Below are positions 1 through 6,621 of a stretch of DNA of 28,016 nt, piece by piece. Both the position numbers and the translations under genes were made by a program. Positions within the stretch are counted from its first letter, which is position 1. Every line of letters begins with the position of its first letter. Source of the stretch: a virus (lineage: Duplodnaviria; Caudoviricetes); the IMG/VR virus record IMGVR_UViG_3300048852_000114, positions 1 through 28,016 of that record; one strand, given 5' to 3'. The notes beneath the pieces were generated by a model. That model ran no database searches. It was not told where the DNA came from and saw only the letters and a list, made by a program, of their open reading frames with translations.

Positions 1-602
1 GCCACCACCTCCACGGAATAGCTGACAGGCACGTCGGCGCCGGAAGCAAAGCGAAGAGCCTCATGGGAGGCCAAGAGCGCTTCAGCATCGCGCTGCCCTT
101 CCCCGTTGAACCTGAGGCCGGCGAAGCAGAGATCCTCCGAATGCATGGCGTCGTTGTCGGCGAGGCCGTCCTCGGCAGGATCCATCTCCCGATCGTGCTG
201 CTCTTCCAGGTTTTCATCTGCAACCGTGTCGTGCTCACGGCAGGTGATCTGTTCGATCCACGTTCCTGGCTCGTCGTCGATGTCGTCGGCCTCCAGGTCC
301 GGCCCAAAGATGAGCGGCATCTCTTTCCCGAAATGCCCGCTGCTCGTCCAACCGAGCGATGGTTCGAGATCGGCATCGCCGGCATAGCAAGCCTCGTCGC
401 CTTCGCGGTCGTCTGTGTGACCTCCCATATGAAGGCCTGCGAGGTAAGGCTCGAGGTCAGGATCGCCGTCCATGTCGTCGAGAAGGTTCACCAGCCGCTC
501 GATCGTCGTCGCGAGCTGCAGCCGGTCGCGGGGGTTCACTGTGATGAGGATCGGGCTGGCTTCGGGCAAAGCTTCGCCGCCCGAGGTAATCGGTTCTTTC
601 AT
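1..602 (-). CDS. Highly acidic phage early protein (partial, runs off left edge)
   Basis: Not in the ORF track. Hand translation from ATG at 602: MKEPITSGGEALPEASPILITVNPRDRLQLATTIERLVNLLDDMDGDPDLEPYLAG...DADLEPSLGW..., open to position 1, co-directional with the Rha gene. Confidence 0.8.
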   Translation of the reverse strand, partial: MKEPITSGGEALPEASPILITVNPRDRLQLATTIERLVNLLDDMDGDPDLEPYLAGLHMGGHTDDREGDEACYAGDADLEPSLGWTSSGHFGKEMPLIFGPDLEADDIDDEPGTWIEQITCREHDTVADENLEEQHDREMDPAEDGLADNDAMHSEDLCFAGLRFNGEGQRDAEALLASHEALRFASGADVPVSYSVEVV

Positions 603-660
603 TCTTCAAGCTTTCAGGTGATTTCTGCCGCGTCTGCCGCGGCCTGCTACGCGACTACGG

Positions 661-1416
661 CTACTCGACTGCTCGGCTCAGCTTAAACCGGCCTTTGATG
701 AAGTGATGGGTGTAGAGGCTTGCCGTGACCAGCTTGCACTCGGTGGCAAAGCGCTCGAACGTCGCCGTGACGTCCTTTTTCCAGTAGACGGCATAGGTTG
801 AGCCTTCAGCATCAACATGCTCATTACGCACCATCCCGGCAGGCTTCGGCGCGTAAGGCGACTGGCGCATGACCTCGTCTATGATCCGCTCTGACAGGCC
901 GAACATCTTCCTGATGCGCTTGCGAAGCCGCGTCATGGGCTCCGCAGCCGTCGGGCAGGCACTCATGACCGAGACGGACGCTTTAAGCTGCTCGACATCG
1001 GTACCGATCGCCTTGATTGCTGCATCGTGCACCGCTTGGAGCCGCTGTTGTTCTGCCAGCATCGTAAACGCGCTAGCGAAAGCCTCGGCGGTTGTTGGCA
1101 GGCGCACCGGCTGCGCCGCTTCTAATTCCTGCCAGCGATCGACCAGCCGAGCCGTGAACTCCGGCGACAAGCGCGCCACGACAACATAGCTGTCGCGTTT
1201 TCCTACCCGGTAAACCTCGACTGGACGAGATCCAGCTCCATCGTGGGAGGTTTCCACCATTGGTGTAAAGCTGATCAACCCGGCTTCAAAGAGCCGTTCC
1301 ATCGTCCGCTTCACGCTGTCGTGGCGCGTCTCGAGCAACTCCGCGATGTCGCGGCTGGACATCGTGGGTTCACCGACTACCGATCGGATGGCGAGGGGTG
1401 GGTAATGGGCTGACAT
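661..1416 (-). CDS. Rha-family phage regulatory / antirepressor-like protein
   Basis: N-terminal TMSSRDIAELLETRHDSVKRTMERL...RDSYVVVARLSPEFTARLVDRWQELE matches the Rha domain pattern; GAGGT RBS upstream on the minus strand. Confidence 0.85.
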   Translation of the reverse strand: MSAHYPPLAIRSVVGEPTMSSRDIAELLETRHDSVKRTMERLFEAGLISFTPMVETSHDGAGSRPVEVYRVGKRDSYVVVARLSPEFTARLVDRWQELEAAQPVRLPTTAEAFASAFTMLAEQQRLQAVHDAAIKAIGTDVEQLKASVSVMSACPTAAEPMTRLRKRIRKMFGLSERIIDEVMRQSPYAPKPAGMVRNEHVDAEGSTYAVYWKKDVTATFERFATECKLVTASLYTHHFIKGRFKLSRAVE

Positions 1417-1445
1417 AGCTACCTCGTTCGGATGACGAGGAGCAT

Positions 1446-1497
1446 ATAGACATAATCGCTATATTTTGGTCAAGAGGAATATAGCGAAAATTGCTAT
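1446..1497. promoter_or_regulatory. Left operators (two 17-bp sites, OL-like)
   Basis: ATAGA-CATAATC-GCTAT (1446-1462) and ATAGC-GAAAATT-GCTAT (1481-1497); same ATAGC-N7-GCTAT consensus as the sites between cI and cro. Confidence 0.8.
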
Positions 1498-2111
1498 GCG
1501 ACTGATTTAACGTTCATGGGCATTCTCGACATCGTCAAAACCCCGAACGTATCGACTTCCAGCCTGCCAGTCTCCATCCCATTGAACCCTCGGAGGTTCA
1601 CCACGCGGTTAGTAGCGCCATCCGAAGCGTCAGTCAGAACACCGATAGCGTGGTGGTACTTGCCCTCCGTGAGGGGTGTGCGGACCATAACTACTCTGCC
1701 TATGAATCTCTTCGGCGGCGCGACAGTCCAGTGAAAGTGGAGAAGGTCACCCTTGTGGAAAAAGGGCCCTAGTGAATCGTCCTGAAGTTCAAACCATGAG
1801 CCGGTTTCAGGGATATCAGATACTCGCACCACTGGACGGTTGTCGGCTTCAGTAGTGTGCACAGTTCGTCCGTCAGCGACGGTGCCGTAGATCGAGTAGT
1901 CGTGTTCTATTGGAGCATCCAACAATGCGATCTTTGGGACGCCCAAAGCTTCGGAGAGTTTCCGTAGCCAGGTTCCGTTGAGCTCAGTGACCCCGCGCTC
2001 AATTTTGCTGATCGTTATCCAGTGAACTCCAAGCGCATCGCCAAGCTGCTGCTGGGTCAGCCCTTTGTCTTTTCGGATCGACGCTATTCGGTTCGGCGCT
2101 TTTTGCTTCAT
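1494..2111 (-). CDS. CI-like repressor: XRE HTH plus degenerate S24-like C-terminal domain
   Basis: HTH IRKDKGLTQQQLGDALGVHWITISKIERG; C-terminal WFELQDDSLGPFFHKGDLL resembles the S24 V.GDSM.P...GD motif; divergent from a cro-like gene. Confidence 0.88.
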   Translation of the reverse strand: MKQKAPNRIASIRKDKGLTQQQLGDALGVHWITISKIERGVTELNGTWLRKLSEALGVPKIALLDAPIEHDYSIYGTVADGRTVHTTEADNRPVVRVSDIPETGSWFELQDDSLGPFFHKGDLLHFHWTVAPPKRFIGRVVMVRTPLTEGKYHHAIGVLTDASDGATNRVVNLRGFNGMETGRLEVDTFGVLTMSRMPMNVKSVA

Positions 2112-2197
2112 TTAGCGATTATGGCTTAGTCGCCCATTGTAGAACATATCCAAAATCGCTATACGAAGTTTGATGTGGATATAGCGTTAATGGATAT
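2112..2197. promoter_or_regulatory. Right operators (three 17-bp sites, OR-like) with divergent promoters
   Basis: TTAGC-GATTATG-GCTTA (2112-2128), ATATC-CAAAATC-GCTAT (2146-2162), ATAGC-GTTAATG-GATAT (2181-2197) in the AT-rich cI-cro gap. Confidence 0.8.
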
Positions 2198-2205
2198 GTA
2201 AGGAC

Positions 2206-2463
2206 ATGCATCAAACGACCATGTCGCCCAAACAATGGCGACTCAGCCGCCAACTTTCCCAAGCAAAGGCCGCTATCTCTCTTGGCTATGGCGGGAAGAA
2301 CCCCGCTCGCGTGTGGCATCGCTGGGAAACGGGCGAAGGAGAACCGCCAATCTCGGTCGTCGTTCGCGTAGAGATCATGAGCGATGGGCAAGTTACGGCC
2401 GGGTCATGGCACGCGGTTCGCCAGGGCTACTTGTCCCGCAACCGGGAGCGCGTTGTTCCTTGA
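2206..2463 (+). CDS. Cro-like HTH regulator
   Basis: Small HTH (WRLSRQLSQAKAAISLG...VWHRWETGEGEP...SDGQVT), AAGGA RBS, divergent from the repressor. Confidence 0.82.
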   Translation: MHQTTMSPKQWRLSRQLSQAKAAISLGYGGKNPARVWHRWETGEGEPPISVVVRVEIMSDGQVTAGSWHAVRQGYLSRNRERVVP

Positions 2464-2609
2464 CCTCTCCCTTCCCCTTCATCCGCACTGCGGACGGCAC
2501 TTTCATCGCTCATGATCCCAAGACGGGCCTCGCCGCATCCGGCCGGAACGTCGATCAAGCTGTCGCCGAGCTGCGCCGGCTGCTCTCCGAAAGGAGGACG
2601 GCAGCGTGA
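2460..2609 (+). CDS. 49-aa microprotein with HicB N-terminal-like pattern
   Basis: TTG start overlaps the cro stop (TTGA); stop overlaps the GTG of the initiator (GTGA). MTSPFPFIRTADGTFIAHDPKTGLAASGRNVDQAVAELRRLLSERRTAA. Confidence 0.65.
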   Translation: MTSPFPFIRTADGTFIAHDPKTGLAASGRNVDQAVAELRRLLSERRTAA

Positions 2610-3502
2610 GGCGGGTAGACGGACACTACTGGCTGCCGATCCTCCCGAAGGACATAGCAGAGCAAATCGACGCCCTGCCGCCAGGCATACGCGACGACCG
2701 GGCGAAGTGGCCGAAGGAGCTCCGCGAGGAATACAAGCGCCTGCACGCTTATTTCACGCGCTCCAAGGCCGAATTCCTCTCCTGGCTGCGAAAGGATCGT
2801 GACTCGCGGATGACTGCGACGGCAAAGGAGATCACCCGGTTTCTGGTCGAAAGCCTGAACTTCGATACCGGCCGCTGTGACCCGTCGCACCAGCTCATTG
2901 CCGACGAGCTTGGCTACAGTGTTCGCACCGTCGAGCGGTTGGTGCCACGGATTGCCGAGTCAGGCTGGATGGCGGTCACGCGCCGGGGCAAGACCTCGAC
3001 GAACTTCTACCGGTTTCGGGTGGCCACGGCCAAGGTCAACGCTCTCCTCGACCTGTCAGAAACCTTGCGAGAGCGCCGCAAGAATGACCGCGAGGAAAGA
3101 AGACGGCAGTTCCTCATGCGCCGGAGTGACCCGACACGGATGGCGGATCACTCGACAAGTGACCCGACAACGATGGCGGATCATGAACCGACATCCATGA
3201 CGGGTCATGAACCGACACGGATGTCGGGTAAACCTTTGAATAGAACCCTTGGAGAAGAACCTCTGAACGAGGCTCAAGGCTCTGAGGGTGAAGGTGATGC
3301 ACTACATGCGGGACACCACGAAAGCCTGAAGCCCTTCACCCCTCCCGAAGACGATGCCGACGTCGAAGAGATGGTGATGTCGTGGCTCGAGGGATGCCCA
3401 CCGCGGATCGTGCTGCAACTGTTTGACCATCTCCGCAACCGGCTCATGACCGGCGATTTCACGCCCGCCGAACTCACTGACCTTATTCGGAGGGCGGCAT
3501 GA
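2606..3502 (+). CDS. Phage replication initiator (winged HTH, lambda O-analogous)
   Basis: GRCDPSHQLIADELGYSVRTVERLV...GWMAVTRRGKTSTNFY is the typical initiator wHTH; AGGAGG RBS; contains internal iterons. Confidence 0.82.
   Translation: MRRVDGHYWLPILPKDIAEQIDALPPGIRDDRAKWPKELREEYKRLHAYFTRSKAEFLSWLRKDRDSRMTATAKEITRFLVESLNFDTGRCDPSHQLIADELGYSVRTVERLVPRIAESGWMAVTRRGKTSTNFYRFRVATAKVNALLDLSETLRERRKNDREERRRQFLMRRSDPTRMADHSTSDPTTMADHEPTSMTGHEPTRMSGKPLNRTLGEEPLNEAQGSEGEGDALHAGHHESLKPFTPPEDDADVEEMVMSWLEGCPPRIVLQLFDHLRNRLMTGDFTPAELTDLIRRAA
3127..3231. repeat. Four 24-bp palindromic iterons (putative replication origin)
   Basis: TGACCCGACACGGATGGCGGATCA (3127-3150), TGACCCGACAACGATGGCGGATCA (3160-3183), TGAACCGACATCCATGACGGGTCA (3184-3207), TGAACCGACACGGATGTCGGGTAA (3208-3231), followed by a short AT-richer tract. 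Confidence 0.8.
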
Positions 3503-3690
3503 CAGACGAACAGCTGGACCTTTTCGTGTGGGCTGAGCACCGGCCGACGGCCGAGGTCATCAACTTCATTCCCTACGTCGTCCGCCAGATCATCAAGCAG
3601 CGCCATCAACCTCGCGTCGAACGCGAAGGGCGTTTGGTCGATCTGGCCCCTCCCCCTCAACCTGACAAGCCGAAACGGAGAATCGCATGA
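3499..3690 (+). CDS. Hypothetical phage protein (63 aa)
   Basis: ATGA overlaps at both ends; GGAGG RBS. Confidence 0.75.
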   Translation: MTDEQLDLFVWAEHRPTAEVINFIPYVVRQIIKQRHQPRVEREGRLVDLAPPPQPDKPKRRIA

Positions 3691-3935
3691 CATTCGGCGA
3701 AGAACTCAAGCGCGCTCGCGATGCGATGGGGCTTACCCAGCAGGACGTCGCGAATCGGCTCGGGGTAACGATCCAAGCGGTTTCGCAATGGGAGACCGAC
3801 AAGACCGCACCGGAAGCGCAAAACCTGCTTTCTGTCCTCAGGTTGCTCGCGCTGATCCCCGAGAACTTCGATAGGCACAGAGTCCGACGTCCGACCGCTC
3901 GGCAATCGAAGTGCTTCCCTCCCAGCTGCAGATAA
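3687..3935 (+). CDS. XRE-family HTH protein (probably frameshifted near 3872)
   Basis: MTFGEELKRARDAMGLTQQDVANRLGVTIQAVSQWETDKTAP is a textbook XRE HTH; GGAG RBS; the last ~20 residues look non-native. Confidence 0.8.
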   Translation: MTFGEELKRARDAMGLTQQDVANRLGVTIQAVSQWETDKTAPEAQNLLSVLRLLALIPENFDRHRVRRPTARQSKCFPPSCR

Positions 3936-4075
3936 AGATCGAGTTTTTCGATGGAGGAATCTCGATCGATCAAAGCGGCGGGGCGGACGGCGACCAGTCG
4001 CTTTGGGTGGCCGGCCGCGCGAACCTCGACCTCCTAATCTCTGCACTGCAGAAAGCACGCGAGACGATGCAATGA
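3875..4075 (+). pseudogene. Out-of-frame probable C-terminal half of the XRE gene (or a 54-aa ORF from GTG 3911)
   Basis: The -1 frame reads AQSPTSDRSAIEVLPSQLQIKIEFFDGGISIDQSGGADGDQSLWVAGRANLDLLISALQKARETMQ* and ends in an ATGA overlap with the next gene. Confidence 0.6.
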
Positions 4076-4500
4076 CGGCGCTCGTCCCCATCACGGCCGG
4101 GCAATGGGTGCTGGCCTTCGTCGAGCACTTTGGCCCTGATCCGATCTGGTGTTCTCTGCCCAAAGCTCTTGAGCGATTGCAGTTCGGCGGATCCGGTTGG
4201 GATTGCCTTCGGGAGCCGGCGGACCAGTTCGAGGTGCTCCAGGTCGAGCACATCATGCCGAAAACGTTCCGCTCGGTGGGTAGTCGGCGTCGCTGGCGAA
4301 ATCTCGTCGTCGCGTCGGCTGACACGTCCGGCGAGATGCTGGCGCTGCGGGACAAGCTGTTCGCGATCGGCTTCGCCGCGGATCGAGCCATCCGGGAGGA
4401 GACGGCTCGCCTCGTCGCCGATTTCGCCAAGAAGACCAGGGCCGATGCACTGGCCAAAGTCCACGCGGCGCTGCCCCATATTTTCGGGAGGGCCGCATGA
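4072..4500 (+). CDS. Hypothetical phage protein (142 aa)
   Basis: Start reassigned to ATG 4072 (MTALVPITAGQW) from the ATGA overlap; stop overlaps the next ATG. Confidence 0.75.
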   Translation: MTALVPITAGQWVLAFVEHFGPDPIWCSLPKALERLQFGGSGWDCLREPADQFEVLQVEHIMPKTFRSVGSRRRWRNLVVASADTSGEMLALRDKLFAIGFAADRAIREETARLVADFAKKTRADALAKVHAALPHIFGRAA

Positions 4501-5348
4501 CGTACCAGTTCCCCGAGACGCTCGCTGCTCTCCGGGCGGAACTCGTCAACCACGGCATGGACGTCACTGCGTTCAAATCCGATCGCCAAGCGGCGTTCAT
4601 GATCCAGCAACTGCTTGGGACGCGTTTCAAGTTCCCTCCGAAAGGGCAGAGCTGTTTTCCGGTCCTGCAGCGGCTGGAGACGGCCGTCCTCACTGGAAAC
4701 GCTTCCAGTAAGAAAGCCGTCCCTGCTCGGAACGGTTTCGCATCTGCGGACGATGGGGCCATCTCGGGAAATCCCCAGATGCGGCTACCTGCCAAGCGCG
4801 GCAAGCCCTCACGGCCGAAATCGCGACGTCCCGTCATTGGCTCGGCGACCGGCTTCGACGCCGGGCTCGTCATCTTCTGCGACGGCGCATGCGAGCCGAA
4901 CCCCGGCGCCGGCGGATGGGCTTTCGTAGTCTATCGCGATGGTGTCGAGATCCATTCCGAGCATGGCGGCGACCTCCATGCGACGAATAACACGATGGAA
5001 CTCACAGGCGCCCTGATGGCGCTGCGCTGGTTTGCCGATAGGGCTGTCGTCGAGCCTGTTCGGCTGCTGTGCGATAGCCAGTATGTCGTGAAGGGCTGCA
5101 ATGATTGGCGGCACGGATGGAAGCGCAAGGGCTGGCGCCGCGGCGTCGAGAAGGAGTTGGCGAACGCCTACCTATGGCGCGACCTCGACGAGGCCCTCAC
5201 GCTCGTCCCGATCACGCTGGAGTGGGCGAAGGGCCATATCGGCACGCTCGGTAACGAACGGGCTGATGAATTGGCCGCACTTGGCCGTGAGACGCTTCTG
5301 GTACCGGTGGCTGACATTGTCGAGGAGCAGCTTCGATATGCGGTGTGA
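4497..5348 (+). CDS. rnhA: Ribonuclease HI with ~120-aa N-terminal extension
   Basis: All RNase HI motifs present: FCDGACEPNPGAGGW, TNNTMEL, CDSQYVVKG, WKRKGW, NAYLW, WAKGH, GNERADELA. Confidence 0.93.
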   Translation: MTYQFPETLAALRAELVNHGMDVTAFKSDRQAAFMIQQLLGTRFKFPPKGQSCFPVLQRLETAVLTGNASSKKAVPARNGFASADDGAISGNPQMRLPAKRGKPSRPKSRRPVIGSATGFDAGLVIFCDGACEPNPGAGGWAFVVYRDGVEIHSEHGGDLHATNNTMELTGALMALRWFADRAVVEPVRLLCDSQYVVKGCNDWRHGWKRKGWRRGVEKELANAYLWRDLDEALTLVPITLEWAKGHIGTLGNERADELAALGRETLLVPVADIVEEQLRYAV

Positions 5349-5425
5349 AAGGAAGCAGGCCTTGAAGAGCAAGGACAAATTTAAGCAAATGGCGAAGCGG
5401 GTCGCAAAACCACGGCAGGTTTGAG

Positions 5426-5440
5426 GAACTAAAGTAGAAC
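5426..5440. promoter_or_regulatory. Alphaproteobacterial LexA (SOS) box
   Basis: GAAC-TAAAGTA-GAAC(A), an exact GAAC-N7-GAAC direct repeat with an A-rich spacer, intergenic, upstream of a CATATAT -10-like element (5465-5471). Confidence 0.7.
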
Positions 5441-5517
5441 ATCTGTAAAATCTGGCGTCTAGCGCATATATTCTAGTGCACACGTTTACGTTGAGCGATT
5501 CGTAGGAGAGCCGCCGA

Positions 5518-6621
5518 ATGAGCATAGCGAATCAGGCCGTCGAGGCCTGCCGCACGAAAGCCCTGGTTGCATTCCCCATATTCGCTGAGCAGCCTTCTGA
5601 ACAATATCTACTCCGCTGGCGCCAGCACATTGACATTACTGGATATCCGGAGACCTTCGAGAATGTATCTACGACCAAGCCGGACCAGCTCGAAAACATC
5701 GTTCTATTGTCGGAGGAGATAAGTGTTCCGGTAGCAAAGCGGGAAGGTGGAGAAATGATCCCCTGTCCCTTCTGCTCAAGAGATAGCCCTAAGTTTAAGC
5801 GCGGGCGGATGGCTTGGTTTCCGGATGAGAAGACAACCCGTTTCATAGGACCACGATGCGCGCAAACGCATTTCGGCGAGAACTACCGGTTTGCTGAGCG
5901 CATGTTCGCGCGACAGGACAAGTGTCGACAGTATCTGCGCCTGTGGAAGGAATTAGGCGACCATCGGTCGGATCTCGCCGATCTAGTCGACACCATCCTC
6001 ACCGCTAGTGGCGATGCGCAGTATTTGCGGGACCGCATCGAAGAGGATGCTCCGGGCTTCGGCGAGTTTTTGCATCGGGAGCTTGCGCAGACCAAGGGCG
6101 CGTTGAAGGTCCTGGAGGATCTCGGCGGTAAAGATCGGCTCGGCAACGCTGTAATGCAGGAGAGAGTGATCGGGACCGCCAGCGGATTGCTCTTCTTGGC
6201 GGAGGGTGCCCAAGCACATCGAGCGGCCAAGCGCGCAAAGATGGTTATGAGTTTCCTTGAAAATCCGTTGCCGGCCTGGGAGCCCTCGACGCCGGAACAT
6301 CCGGCGACTGAAGAGGTGCTTCGTGTTGGTAGGGCCGTTTCAAAAGCGCTGAAGGAACTCCCCCGCGTGCGGGACACCTTGAAGGATGCCCAAGACTTTA
6401 TCGAAGCCAAGAACATTGCGAACATTCATCGGTGGGGGAGGAATCCGCAATCCGGTTTCGGGTCATTCGAAATGCGCCGTGACGGCAAGCAATTGTTCAT
6501 CCGGGCCACCACCTTCGCAGGGAGATTTTACGCGAACGTCTTGCTCCCTAAGAAACTGTCGGAGCCGATCCCGGCTAACGATCATCCGATGCTTACGCTC
6601 ATTACTGGGATGGCCGTATGA
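5518..6621 (+). CDS. Uncharacterised 367-aa protein with putative Zn-binding motif
   Basis: AGGAG RBS, own AT-rich upstream region, CPFC...IGPRCAQTHFG motif, helical C-terminal part; ATGA overlap with the next gene. Confidence 0.85.
   Translation: MSIANQAVEACRTKALVAFPIFAEQPSEQYLLRWRQHIDITGYPETFENVSTTKPDQLENIVLLSEEISVPVAKREGGEMIPCPFCSRDSPKFKRGRMAWFPDEKTTRFIGPRCAQTHFGENYRFAERMFARQDKCRQYLRLWKELGDHRSDLADLVDTILTASGDAQYLRDRIEEDAPGFGEFLHRELAQTKGALKVLEDLGGKDRLGNAVMQERVIGTASGLLFLAEGAQAHRAAKRAKMVMSFLENPLPAWEPSTPEHPATEEVLRVGRAVSKALKELPRVRDTLKDAQDFIEAKNIANIHRWGRNPQSGFGSFEMRRDGKQLFIRATTFAGRFYANVLLPKKLSEPIPANDHPMLTLITGMAV

Noticed and set aside
63-686. 207-aa plus-strand ORF
   Set aside because: Antisense shadow of the acidic minus-strand gene, which fits the leftward operon.
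2235-2459. N-terminal part of the 124-aa ORF 2235-2609
   Set aside because: Overlaps cro out of frame; only the part from TTG 2460 is coupled and protein-like.
3127-3231. Possible mini CRISPR array
   Set aside because: Repeats are mostly abutting with no unique spacers, in frame within a gene, and no cas genes; iterons fit better.
3657-4610. 317-aa minus-strand ORF
   Set aside because: Lies opposite tightly coupled plus-strand genes; Arg/Ser-rich shadow composition.
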